Notes: a model not told the origin generated them from the sequence alone. Shown: positions 11,089 to 20,805, counted from the stretch's first letter. The stretch is DNA of 64,000 nucleotides from Paramoeba atlantica (GCA_977017575.1 CDRNVI010000026.1:372001-436000), one strand, 5' to 3'. A program made the numbers and translations.

Positions 11089-11356
11089 TAACGCGTTCAC
11101 TATCGTCGGTCTGAATTTCTGATTCAATATTCCTACCAGGCGAGATATCCTGAAAAGCCGTATTCCGAGCGTCAACCCGAGACGTCCGGTGTGTGCCTCG
11201 ATACTTCCATATGGGAGGATCTATAACGCACGAACAATACTCCCCCCCCCCCTTTGTTTTCTCTCCCCCGAACACTCCATATTTTTCAACTTCAAATCTT
11301 CTTAGGGGGGAGGACTCCCGTTAACATGCCTCAAGTGAGGATTAAGGAACTATTTC

Positions 11357-11516
11357 TTTTTTTTCGGCAATCGTAGTGCCAGGCAAGCCAAGGCGTGTTT
11401 ACTACGCCGAGATAATGGGGAGTTGCTGTTCCCCTGAACATGATACCATGGACAGGGCATAGCAACTCCCTCATTATCACTCCTTCGTAAGCACCATGTT
11501 ACCGGGACCAAGCCCT
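11357..11516. repeat. Internal complementary region (ICR) matching the circular junction of the element
   Basis: Its reverse complement reads ...cttacgaaggagtgataa-TG-agggagttgc..., which is the right end (...gaaggagtgataatg, 12576) fused to the left end (tgagggagttgc, 9847) through a shared TG. Confidence 0.85.
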
Positions 11517-11607
11517 AGGTGCCAGGCATGCCATAGCACGTCACAACTTCCCACCCTCTCCCTTCTGTTTTTATTCTGTTTTCACTTCATTAAAAAAACA
11601 TGCTGGA

Positions 11608-12336
11608 GAGGAGGATGTATAGCGCAAATGGAACGGCAAGTGTGCCCCGAAGGACACGGAGCCCATGGGCCTCCCAGCACGAATGCTGGGGCGGTGGTAC
11701 CCCGAAGGGTACGGAGCCCATGGGCCTCGTTACAGAGGATGTATAAATGCAACGGCAAGTGTGCCCCGAAGGACACGGAGCCCATGGGCCTCCCAGCACG
11801 AATGCTGGGGCGGCGGTACCCCGAAGGGTACGGAGCCCATGGGCCTCGTCACAGAGGATGTATAAATGCAACGGCAAGTGTGCCCCGAAGGACACGGAGC
11901 CCATGGGCCTCCCAGCACGAATGCTGGGGCGGTGGTACCCCGAAGGGTACGGAGCCCATGGGCCTCGTTACAGAGGATGTATAAATGCAACGGCAAGTGT
12001 GCCCCGAAGGACACGGAGCCCATGGGCCTCCCAGCACGAATGCTGGGGCGGTGGTACCCCGAAGGGTACGGAGCCCATGGGCCTCGTCACAGAGGATGTA
12101 TAAATGCAACGGCAAGTGTGCCCCGAAGGACACGGAGCCCATGGGCCTCCCAGCACGAATGCTGGGGCGGTGGTACCCCGAAGGGTACGGAGCCCATGGG
12201 CCTCGTTACAGAGGATGTATAAATGCAATGGCAAGTGTGCCCCGAAGGACACGGAGCCCATGGGCCTCCCTGCACGAATGCTGGGGCGGTGGTACCCCGA
12301 AGGGTACGGAGCCCATGGGCCTCGTTACAGAGGATG
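11608..12336 (-). repeat. Tandem array of about 6 x 119 bp, with three TTCG-loop hairpins per unit on the minus strand
   Basis: Unit starts (acagaggatg) at 11732, 11851, 11970, 12089, 12208 and 12327. Minus-strand stems: gtaccc-TTCG-gggtac, cccagca-TTCG-tgctggg, gtgtcc-TTCG-gggcac. Each unit also has two gcccatgggc palindromes. Confidence 0.95.
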
Positions 12337-12496
12337 AAGTACTGCCAGGCCGGGACCAAGCGAATTGATGTGTGACATTTTCAGGCGTGTAAGATTGTTT
12401 AGTTAAATGGAGCTAAATGTAGTAGTTATACTGGACACTAGAAACAAGTAATTCAATTATATTTAGTTTATAATCGTGCTATAGATGTATTGAAAT

Positions 12497-12565
12497 CTTC
12501 ACCCTCACACTCCGCCGAATATGGCGGTGCCGGGCTTGGGACCGGTAACAAGCGTGTTTACGAAG
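12497..12565 (-). ncRNA. Twister self-cleaving ribozyme (type P1 with a P5 stem)
   Basis: Minus strand: CUUCG UAA ACAC GC UUGUUA CCGG UCCCAAGC CCGG CA CCGCC AUAUUC GGCGG A GUGU GAG GG UGAAG. P1 CUUCG/UGAAG, L1 UAA and GAG-GG, P2 ACAC/GUGU, P4 CCGG/CCGG with loop UCCCAAGC, pseudoknots CC:GG and GC:GC, P5 CCGCC/GGCGG. Confidence 0.88.
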
Positions 12566-12706
12566 GAGTGATAATGTATATTTCATAAAAAGTGTATGAT
12601 TTTGTTTTTACCGATCAAAATTAGCGTTCTAAACGGAATTACATATGTAGATGGCAAGAAGTATGACATACCAGAAAGATAGCACGCGACACCTTTAGTT
12701 CTTTTC

Positions 12707-14761
12707 ATGTACCGCGCGTTTTCCATTACTCACAAGTCCTGGTCTTCCTCCTGCGGGACGACTTCCTCACATGCGTCCAGTCGATACCACCTCACGGGTA
12801 TGGCACAGCCCTTAGCCAAAATTCTACACGCCAAAGCTACCCTTCATCGTGAAAGGATTCAAAAACTACGAAAGGAGAAGGGCAATGAGAGTCTGGGACC
12901 CATCACAGTTGACTCGTTGTATAATGGCGCACGTGGGCTCACGTGTCTTCCCCATGAGCCTTCGACGTTGGACCCTCTGGAGGGCATTCGCTACCGTGGT
13001 ATGAGCCTTGCGGCGTGCCGAAACAAACTGCTAGATTGCTCCGAGATTGGCACCGAGCCGCGGCCGGAGGCGTTGTTCTGGCTCCTGCTCACAGGAGAAC
13101 TCCCCCATGCGGATGAGCTGCGTGAGCTCTCTGCGGATCTCCACAGGCGAAGCACCGAAAGTACCACACTACCCTCGGTGCTGTCCTTTCTCGAGACCCT
13201 CCCTCGCTCCATGCCCCCGATCACACAACTCACCATCGCACTGCTCGCGCTCCAACCCCACTCCTTACTCGCGCTCGCCCAAACGGAGGGCAAAGCCACC
13301 AAACGAAACACCCCCGATTTCATGCTCGAGGACGCCCTTAACTGTGTGGCCTGGGTCCCCGTCCTGGCCGCCGCGATCTACCGCAGGCACTGTGCTCCTG
13401 TGGATTCCAACGACACCCTCCCCCCTTCCGAACCAACCCACAACATCTCCTCAACAGAATCTCCCCTCTTCGAGACCACACCCTATTCTATTTCAAACCG
13501 TGAAACTCATGAGGGGGAAACCCATGAGGGTAACAACAATAACCATACGAACAACGCTCATCCTCTAAACCCCTTCCCCCCCTTATCCCACCCACGACCT
13601 CAAAATCCTCAAGACCACAACTCTCTTCACCTTCACGACAACACCTTGGAGAGCTCACAAAACACACGACCCACGAGTCGTGCTCCAAATTCAAAGTCGG
13701 CTCTCTCCTCCGATCCCTCTTTGGGGTCTTCTTGTGAGTCTTCTGGTGAGTCTTCTGGTGAGTCTTGTGAGTCTTCCGAGGCTCTGGGCTCGGACTGGAC
13801 CGCGGCCTTTGCCCGTGGACTCTCTCTCCACGGTTCTGGGGCCCACGACCTGCTCCGGCTCTTCCTCTTCGTCCACGCCTGCCACGACGGGGGGAGTCTC
13901 TCCACCCATGTGGCCTCGATGGTCGGGGGGGCGCGGGGGGATGTGTTTCTGTGTCTCTCCAGCGCCTGTGCCGCCCTGGGCGCCCCCGGGCACGGGGGGA
14001 ACATGGCGCAGGGGCTGGAGTTTTTACACGCCCTGCAGTGTACGTTGCGGAGGAAGAATAGAGGGGTTGGAGGGGGAGGTTTAGAGGTTGGGGGATTTGC
14101 CCCGCATTCGGCTACGAAGGGGGTAAATGCCTCCATCTCTTCTTCCTCCTCTTCTTCCCCTCTTTCTTTTTGTTCCTCTTCTTCCTCTTCTTCTTCTGTT
14201 TCCGGGGACGAGGGTCTCCGTTCGATTCTCTCCGAACTCACGTGGGAGTATTACCACAACGGAGCGGACCACATCCCCGGCTACGGTCATGCGGTGCTTC
14301 GAGGCCCCGATCCGCGATACGATCTGCTCTATCGCTTCGCCTCGCAGCACTGTGGGGGTAACCCCTACTTTCGCATTCTCCAGCAGATCCACCCGATCAT
14401 GCCGGAGGTGTTAGCGCGGCATGGGCGCGGGGGTAATCCGCATGCAACATCGGATGCCATCTCGGGGCTGTTGTTGGCCCATTACGGGATGAGGGGAAGG
14501 CAGTCGTTGTCTTCTTCATCTTTTTCTTCATCTTCTTCTTTTATTCACTTCTTTCCCGTGCTGTTGGCCGTAAGCCGACAGCTCGGGATTGTGAGTGGGT
14601 TGGTTTGGGACCGCATGGGTCGACGCCCGGTGGAACGGCCGCGGTCGGTGTCGGTGGGGGAGCTGGGGCGGCGGTTTCAAATCACAGAGAGGGGGGAGGG
14701 GAAAATGGGGCAGAGGGGGAAAATGGGGGAGAAAGGGGAGAGGAGGGAGAAAGAGGGGTAG
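12707..14761 (+). CDS. CS: Divergent citrate synthase with long low-complexity insertions
   Basis: YNGARGL...EPSTLDPLEGIRYRG, PEALFWLLLTGELP, HDGGSLSTH, GHGG, IPGYGHAVLR.PDPRY, VWDRMGRRPVERPRS. Confidence 0.85.
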   Translation: MYRAFSITHKSWSSSCGTTSSHASSRYHLTGMAQPLAKILHAKATLHRERIQKLRKEKGNESLGPITVDSLYNGARGLTCLPHEPSTLDPLEGIRYRGMSLAACRNKLLDCSEIGTEPRPEALFWLLLTGELPHADELRELSADLHRRSTESTTLPSVLSFLETLPRSMPPITQLTIALLALQPHSLLALAQTEGKATKRNTPDFMLEDALNCVAWVPVLAAAIYRRHCAPVDSNDTLPPSEPTHNISSTESPLFETTPYSISNRETHEGETHEGNNNNHTNNAHPLNPFPPLSHPRPQNPQDHNSLHLHDNTLESSQNTRPTSRAPNSKSALSSDPSLGSSCESSGESSGESCESSEALGSDWTAAFARGLSLHGSGAHDLLRLFLFVHACHDGGSLSTHVASMVGGARGDVFLCLSSACAALGAPGHGGNMAQGLEFLHALQCTLRRKNRGVGGGGLEVGGFAPHSATKGVNASISSSSSSSPLSFCSSSSSSSSVSGDEGLRSILSELTWEYYHNGADHIPGYGHAVLRGPDPRYDLLYRFASQHCGGNPYFRILQQIHPIMPEVLARHGRGGNPHATSDAISGLLLAHYGMRGRQSLSSSSFSSSSSFIHFFPVLLAVSRQLGIVSGLVWDRMGRRPVERPRSVSVGELGRRFQITERGEGKMGQRGKMGEKGERREKEG

Positions 14762-15231
14762 GGGTAGGTGGGGGTGAGGTGGGAAAAGGGAGTTGTAGCA
14801 GGATAGAGGGGGGGGAAGTAGATTGTTGGTTACGAGTAGAAGATGCAATAGAGGACAAGTGTTTGCATCGCTACAGGGGTCATTATAAATTTGTAGTTGG
14901 GTGGGGACGTTTAGACAAACTTATGGATAATGATAGGTTTTTGAATTCACTTGTTTTTGTTATGATTTCTTGTCCAGATCCCTAGTAGTAGTATTAGGAG
15001 TTGAGTTTGTTGTATTTTTTACATGATTTTTACTGTTTTTCAATGCAGCAGGATATTTAGACAGATCCCCATTGAATTTTTAGTCTTTTTAGATATCACT
15101 TTGTTTTCCTGAAAAATTATTATAGCGTTGGTTTTTTTGAAAATCTATTTAACCATTCTTTTCGCTAATAAACTTCACAATAAAAAATGAATAGTTTGAA
15201 TCCATTTCCTTAACAAGCTTATTCTCTTACT

Positions 15232-15663
15232 ATGACGAAAGCACACGGAATTAACGCGGGACGTAAACTTGTTCGTCTGCGCCGTGAGAATCGCTGGGCC
15301 GACAAGAAATACAAAAAGCGTCACTTGGGCACCGCATTGAAAGCTAATCCCTTCGGAGGGTCCAGTCACGCCAAAGGGATTGTCCTGGAAAAAATTGGTG
15401 TTGAAGCCAAGCAGCCCAACTCTGCCATCCGAAAGTGTGTACGAGTCCAACTGATCAAAAACGGAAAGCGTATTATCGCGTTCTGTCCCCGCGATGGATC
15501 GCTGCACTTTATGGAAGAAAATGACCAGGTCCTCGTCGCGGGTCTCGGACGTAGTGGTCACGCTGTCGGAGATATTCCCGGGGTTCGATTCAAGGTTGTG
15601 AAGGTAAGTTCCGTGGGGCTCTACTCTCTCTTCCGTGGCAAACGTGAGAAGCCACATCACTAA
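15232..15663 (+). CDS. RPS23: 40S ribosomal protein S23 (uS12)
   Basis: [42 protein letters not shown]; [13 protein letters not shown]. Confidence 0.98.
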   Translation: MTKAHGINAGRKLVRLRRENRWADKKYKKRHLGTALKANPFGGSSHAKGIVLEKIGVEAKQPNSAIRKCVRVQLIKNGKRIIAFCPRDGSLHFMEENDQVLVAGLGRSGHAVGDIPGVRFKVVKVSSVGLYSLFRGKREKPHH

Positions 15664-15938
15664 ACAGAGGACTTTCCTGTAAGAATAAAGACGAAGAAAG
15701 TTTTGAGAATGGTAGTTTATACATAAAGTTAAGCGTAAAGTCATTCAAATCGCGTTATTAGTTCATCCGGAGAGTAACAACATCCACGCAAACATTTTTT
15801 AATCTCGACTCCTATTTTTACCATTTTATTTTACCCTTTTATCCCTTTTTTATCCCCTTCTTTTTTTCTTTTTCCTTAGCTTTTTCCATCCCCCTTTATC
15901 TCTCCCCCCCCTAAAAAAAAATATTAAATAAACCAACC

Positions 15939-16409
15939 ATGCCCCGCCCCAAACCCTCCGCGGGTTTCTCCCACCAAGACTGGGCCCCCCAAGCCGCCCA
16001 CCCCGCCGCCGCGGCCTCCGCGGTGCACAAAACCCACAACCCCGCGGAGATTGCCAGAGCCCAGCAAGCCAACCAACCCGTCACCGTGACCACGCGGCAC
16101 GATGCCGGGCACAACCGGCAGCACGGCGCCTCCGAGCACTTACATATGAAAAAGATCGAAAACGAGGAGGACGCCTATGTGCACAAAACCGTGGACCGCT
16201 CCCTCGCGGTGAACCTGCGACGGGCCCGGGCGAAGAGGGAGCTGACCCAGGCCCAGCTCGCGCACGCGATGAACGAGAAAGCCGCGGTGATCCAGAGCTA
16301 CGAAAGCGGCAACGCGATCCCGAATGGGTCGCTGATTGCGAAAATGGAGAAGGCGCTGGGGCTGAGGCTGCGGGGGCCACAGGCGTTGGAACCGCTGGGG
16401 AAGAAATAG
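15939..16409 (+). CDS. MBF1: Multiprotein bridging factor 1
   Basis: QDW..., RRARAKRELTQAQLAHAMNEKAAVIQSYESGNAIPN...KMEKALGLRLRG (HTH_3). Confidence 0.9.
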   Translation: MPRPKPSAGFSHQDWAPQAAHPAAAASAVHKTHNPAEIARAQQANQPVTVTTRHDAGHNRQHGASEHLHMKKIENEEDAYVHKTVDRSLAVNLRRARAKRELTQAQLAHAMNEKAAVIQSYESGNAIPNGSLIAKMEKALGLRLRGPQALEPLGKK

Positions 16410-16842
16410 AGACAGGGGAGGGGGTGAAAAGGGTGTGAATAGAGGAAGATATTATAGACATAATATAGATACCCTATAGAAAACCCTATAGATATAGGGT
16501 TTTGCTACAGGAAATGTGAAGAAGTGAGATCAAAATGAAATTTGCTGTTTTTGGGAATTCGGTGTCGCTTTGCAGCCCTCCGTTGTTGTACAGACTGACG
16601 CTGATGGCCCATGGTCCATATTAAATAATTTTAGCCCTTACATATCGTTTCCTTTTTATCTGCTTTATTCAGCAGTATTTTCGTTTGGTGACTCCTTTAA
16701 AAGAAGTTTGTTTTTTGAAGGTTGTGGAAATGGCTACGGCGCTGCTAGGATGGGCTGAAGTTGATTCTTATGCAAACAAGATTATATCTTTTTCGACCAC
16801 ACATTACTACTGCTTTATGATAGTATGTTTACGTTACATTTT

Positions 16843-17494
16843 ATGTCCTGCCTGAATTTTCATACCGCTGACTCGTCCTCTCGATCAGCAAAGGTGCGAG
16901 GTGCTGTTTTACCGCAAGAATTCACGCTGTCACAATTGGTGAGTATTCTTTCCTACAACTCCTAAGCGTCCTGGACGAATGACACTCCTGCATGTGAATA
17001 GTCGTACGTCCAGTGTAACACTGAACAGAAAGTAGTTCGACTATTTGTGAGATTCTCGGGCCTATGGTTTTGATTGTCCCACACTAGAAGAGGAAGATTA
17101 TCCCACACTAGAAGGCGAATTGTTGTGGAAATACTTGTCGCCTACGTTGTTATACTTTGGTGCTTCGTCGCAGTCCTTGAGCGGGCTTGTGGATCTCTCA
17201 ATTTTACCTCCCGATCTTAAAAAAATCAATATCAGTATGAATCAGTGTAGTGGATCATTGGATTTGACGTGCTTGCCCTCTACTCTTCAAGCTATGTACC
17301 TCGATAAAAACAGATTCAAAGGTGAAATTGATCTGACATGTCTTCCACCATCGATCCGCGAAATCTACTTGGGCGAAACTGAGCTATGTGGGGAACCGGA
17401 TGTCACGAAGCTGCCCGAAGGGTTACAGGTACTGGACCTCTCTTTCAACAAGTTTGGTTGGCGTGGGGATATACCTGCTCTAGTAAGAATCTAG
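16843..17494 (+). pseudogene. LRR family B pseudogene (paralogue of 7512-8165)
   Basis: MSCLNFHTADSSSRSAKVRGAVLPQEFTLSQLV...S*ASWTNDTPACE*SYVQC has two premature stops. A duplicated tcccacactagaag lies near 17075-17115. The 3' part is open and LRR-like. Confidence 0.85.
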
Positions 17495-18580
17495 ATTAAG
17501 ATGCGTCAACAACTGTTTGCCATGCATGATTAATGCACTTTACTTTTTGTGATTTTCTTTTCGAAGAAATAAATTGATTAGGTTTTCCTAAGAACATCGT
17601 TTACCATATACGTTATGCGCCACACTCCTACATGGAGAACCCCCAGAGAGTCACTTGTAGCAGGAAAAAAGTACGCCCAGCACTATGACCTGATGATGGT
17701 TAGGATCAGGCTTGGGAGAAATCTCTAGTGACACAGATCACTACGAATAAATGAATGGCGTAGATTAAATTTGGTTTGTAACTCGACGCAGATGAACTTC
17801 CAACTTAAACGGTTTAAATACTTCTATTCATGCATTCTTTTGGTCATTGTTATTCCTTAACCACGTGACGGGCTGCAGCTGTTTCGCCCAAGATCGGGAT
17901 CGCGGTTTCTATTTTATAGTCCCCATCTTTCGGAGCTACCTTAGTTTAACTAAGTTACTGTCCCGCTGCTCAATCTTTTTACTCTTTGCATTAATGGTTC
18001 TCCGAGGTTGGAGCCGATTGCACTGGACAAAATTCCGCTGAGGAGGAATATATCGTGACCCAAAGCGCTTGTCGTTGTTTTGATGTGCCGAATAGGTCGA
18101 ATTATGTCCACCAAACATTCGGAAATTTCCCGAGCCTCTTCCTCTTTGGGCGTTGTGCTTTCTCGCTTTCGCCATTTCGACTGAATGGCCGCACTCGGAA
18201 CACTCACTTGGGTGGCTGTTGGGACGAGACACACGCTTTCTCGGCATGCTTCCAGGCACGGCGCTTTGGAGGCAGCTAAATAATTTGCATTATATGCAAG
18301 AAATTGGGCAGCCAGCTCCAGTAAGAAATGGTTAGCAGGCACCTGAGCGGCAAGGGAACGATGATGGGGACGATGAAGCTAACGAGCTCCGACTCCTGCT
18401 TTCCAATTTCGTCAGTACAACACTACGCATGACCATTCTCCTAAAACTAGAATAGAAAAACAAATAAAAGTTTCGCTTGTAACTTTTTTAAAATTTTCAA
18501 GTTATTTTGCGAAAAGGTGACAGATAAATAGGGGCGATGGTGGATAAAAAAAAATTATTAGAAGCGCTGAAAAGCGACAT

Positions 18581-18775
18581 ATAACTAGGGGGGTGGGAGT
18601 GACAGGTACTATCCCCCCTATCCTAGCGTTGCCTCGGTACCCCCCTCATTAGCGTTGCTTTTTAGACTGTCTCTTCAAGACCCTCTTGCCGCGAAGCGGC
18701 GATTTTTTTTCTGACCCCCCATCCTAGCGTTGCCTGGTTTTGAGAAAAACCAGAAGAGTAACTAGGGGGGGTACA
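18581..18775. repeat. Dispersed repeat family with CCTAGCGTTGC / CTCTTGCCGCGA motifs, copy 1
   Basis: atcctagcgttgc twice, attagcgttgc and ctcttgccgcgaagcggc. The same motifs occur at about 20700-20800, 39658-39712 and 62268-62345. Confidence 0.75.
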
Positions 18776-19044
18776 ATACATCATATACGTCAGTCCAAAC
18801 GAGAGAAAACAATCTCCCACAAAAACAATACTGTTTCTGTAAACACGAGCTTACGTTTTGCATGTAGGAATCTCCGTTAGACTTGCGCTTACACAAGGAC
18901 AATACTAGCAGATAGTGGTAGCGAGATAATTTGCGACGCGAAAGATAGATTGCGACGCGAAGCGGTGTAAGATTTTTTTTCCTAATTTTCCTCAAAATTT
19001 GTAACCCTCTTATTTAAAAGTTCCTTTTCCTGAAAAGCGGTGAC

Positions 19045-19120
19045 AATTGAGGGGCTGCGGGTATGATCTCACGTGATCTCGCGTGATCTCGTCGTGGGCC
19101 TCACCCGCAGCCCCTCAATT
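19045..19120. repeat. 76-bp MITE-like element with perfect 18-bp inverted ends
   Basis: aattgaggggctgcgggt ... acccgcagcccctcaatt flank three tgatctc repeats. Confidence 0.8.
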
Positions 19121-19638
19121 AAGTAGGAGGGTACAGTATTACTTCTCACAAGTTCAACACAGTTGAAGTATAAAGGGGGAGTCACAGTAATCCGTGCAGT
19201 TCTGAATCTTCGTTTCGAACTGTACGCGGGGGAGCCAGCTGGCCGTCCGCTGGCACGTCTTCGAACGTGGAGAGGGAGCAGTGGCGGCAGTGCACAAAAC
19301 TACTGGGGGTGTACTGGCATCTTTACTCTTACAAAAAGGAGACAAAGAAAATGCTACTTATAGAACTGCGTTCTTTGGTGGGTCGCCCAATACGGTATTC
19401 GGGTGAGGTATTACACCTGACCGATCGGTAAAATATGGCAAGATTAGCTGTTCACTTCCCTCTGAATTGTTATTTTCACGTGTACCAGAAATTCATAGTT
19501 TCGAATTGTGCACAAAAACAAATTTTTTGTTTTCGTTTAATTTTTCTATCTGCATATTATCGTGAGAGCGCCAGTGTTAAAAGGTTAGTAAAAGTTTCCC
19601 TCTGCTTCTCCATGTCTCATCCCCTCTAACCCCTAACC

Positions 19639-20253
19639 ATGACGGATCATCTCTGCTCCACCCACTTCCCCCCGTTAGTATTTTTCATCGTCGGGGGACC
19701 GGGCAGCGGGAAAGGAACAAACTGCACGCGATTCGCCACCGAGTTCGGTTTCGAACACATCAGTGCTGGGGAGCTCCTGCGCGCGGAGGCCGCAAAGGAT
19801 ACCCCCCGGGGGCGGCACGTGTCCTCTATCCTCTCCTCCGGGCATATTGTCCCCTCGGAGATTACCATGGAGCTCATGCAGCTGGCTTTGGTAGGGACCA
19901 AAAGAAACGAGACCTCCCCCTCTCCTGCAGGCTTCTTAATTGATGGGTTTCCGCGAAAACGGGACCAGGGGGAGATGTTTGAGCAACGTATCGGTCCCGC
20001 ACGAAAAGTAATCCATTTACGCTGTAGTGAGGGGGAAATGCTGCGTAGGTTACGGGAGAGGCAGGGTGCTCGCAGGGATGACTCCCCGGAGGTGATTTTG
20101 GAACGGCTTCGGACCAACACGTTGCAGTGTGTTCCAGTGCTGGAGCAGTACCGCAGGGAGGGGAGGGTGGATGTGGTGGACTGTGATACGGGGTCCGTGG
20201 AGGAGGTTTACCAAAGGTTTCGGAAGTGTGTTCTACAACATGCGAAGTTGTAA
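19639..20253 (+). CDS. UMP-CMP kinase / adenylate kinase family
   Basis: IVGGPGSGKGTNC, HISAGELLRAE, FLIDGFPRK.DQ, R.DDSPEVILERL. Confidence 0.9.
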   Translation: MTDHLCSTHFPPLVFFIVGGPGSGKGTNCTRFATEFGFEHISAGELLRAEAAKDTPRGRHVSSILSSGHIVPSEITMELMQLALVGTKRNETSPSPAGFLIDGFPRKRDQGEMFEQRIGPARKVIHLRCSEGEMLRRLRERQGARRDDSPEVILERLRTNTLQCVPVLEQYRREGRVDVVDCDTGSVEEVYQRFRKCVLQHAKL

Positions 20254-20699
20254 GCAAAAATTTGGAGTGGGATTTGTGATGGGCGGAACTGGTAAAAAAA
20301 AATCCATTTAGAGCCACATTTTATAGATTCTACGAATTTCCTAAAGCACTATGTAGGAGGACTACAATATGGCAGTACAATATAATTTAGCGTATATTTT
20401 AGCATATGGATTCATTCCCGTGTGCGATCCCCACATACTATTTTGAAGGGCAGTGTTAAATTTTATACTTCGTCCATAAGACAACAAGTACAGCTCGACC
20501 TGTGATTATTGAAAGAAAGTGAACAAATTCCCTGCGAAATTGAGAGTAACACACAATAAAAACGGCAAAATAAAAGGCGTTCCGGTGATCTAAAATCGGG
20601 CAAAAGGAAATTGGAAAACAGTGGCATTAGGGCCCCTTATGATCCACGTGAAAATCCTATATAGAAATCCGAATTATAATTTGAAAACAACTTTCACCT

Positions 20700-20805
20700 C
20701 CCTATCCTAGCGTTGCCTCGGTACACCCCTTATTAGCGTTGCTTTTACGACTTAACTCTTGCCGCGATGCGACAACTTTTTTTACGCCCCTTAGGGTTGC
20801 TTTTT
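20700..20805. repeat. CCTAGCGTTGC repeat family, copy 2
   Basis: ccctatcctagcgttgcctcggtacacccc ttattagcgttgctttt ... ctcttgccgcga, collinear with 18617-18700. Confidence 0.75.

Larger units (their letters stand above)
9847..12576 (-). mobile_element. Non-autonomous tyrosine-recombinase (DIRS/TATE-like) retroelement with ICR, hairpin array and 5' twister ribozyme
   Basis: Both ends terminate in TG on the + strand. 11357-11516 is the reverse complement of the right-end+left-end junction. Contains RT/RNase H remnants (10314-11088), a 119-bp array and a twister fold at 12497-12565. Confidence 0.8.

Noticed and set aside
11484-11530. Second twister ribozyme on the + strand within the ICR
   Set aside because: UAA and P2 (gcac/gtgc) are present, but the pseudoknot GC, the L4 UCC and GAG-GG are altered. 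I treat it as an inactive complementary copy.
11608-12336. Possible CRISPR array
   Set aside because: Units are nearly identical along their whole length, with no unique spacers and no cas genes, in a eukaryotic context.
11496-12368. Many overlapping 66-162 aa ORFs on both strands
   Set aside because: They are translations of the 119-bp tandem repeat with no protein-like features.
17683-17740. CTGATGA ... GAAA hammerhead-like core
   Set aside because: I could not form stems I-III around the core.
17936-18342. Minus-strand ORFs faintly like a Tc1 C-terminus (NL..PL.QRVK...W)
   Set aside because: No DN or SPDLNPIE motif; too weak without a search.
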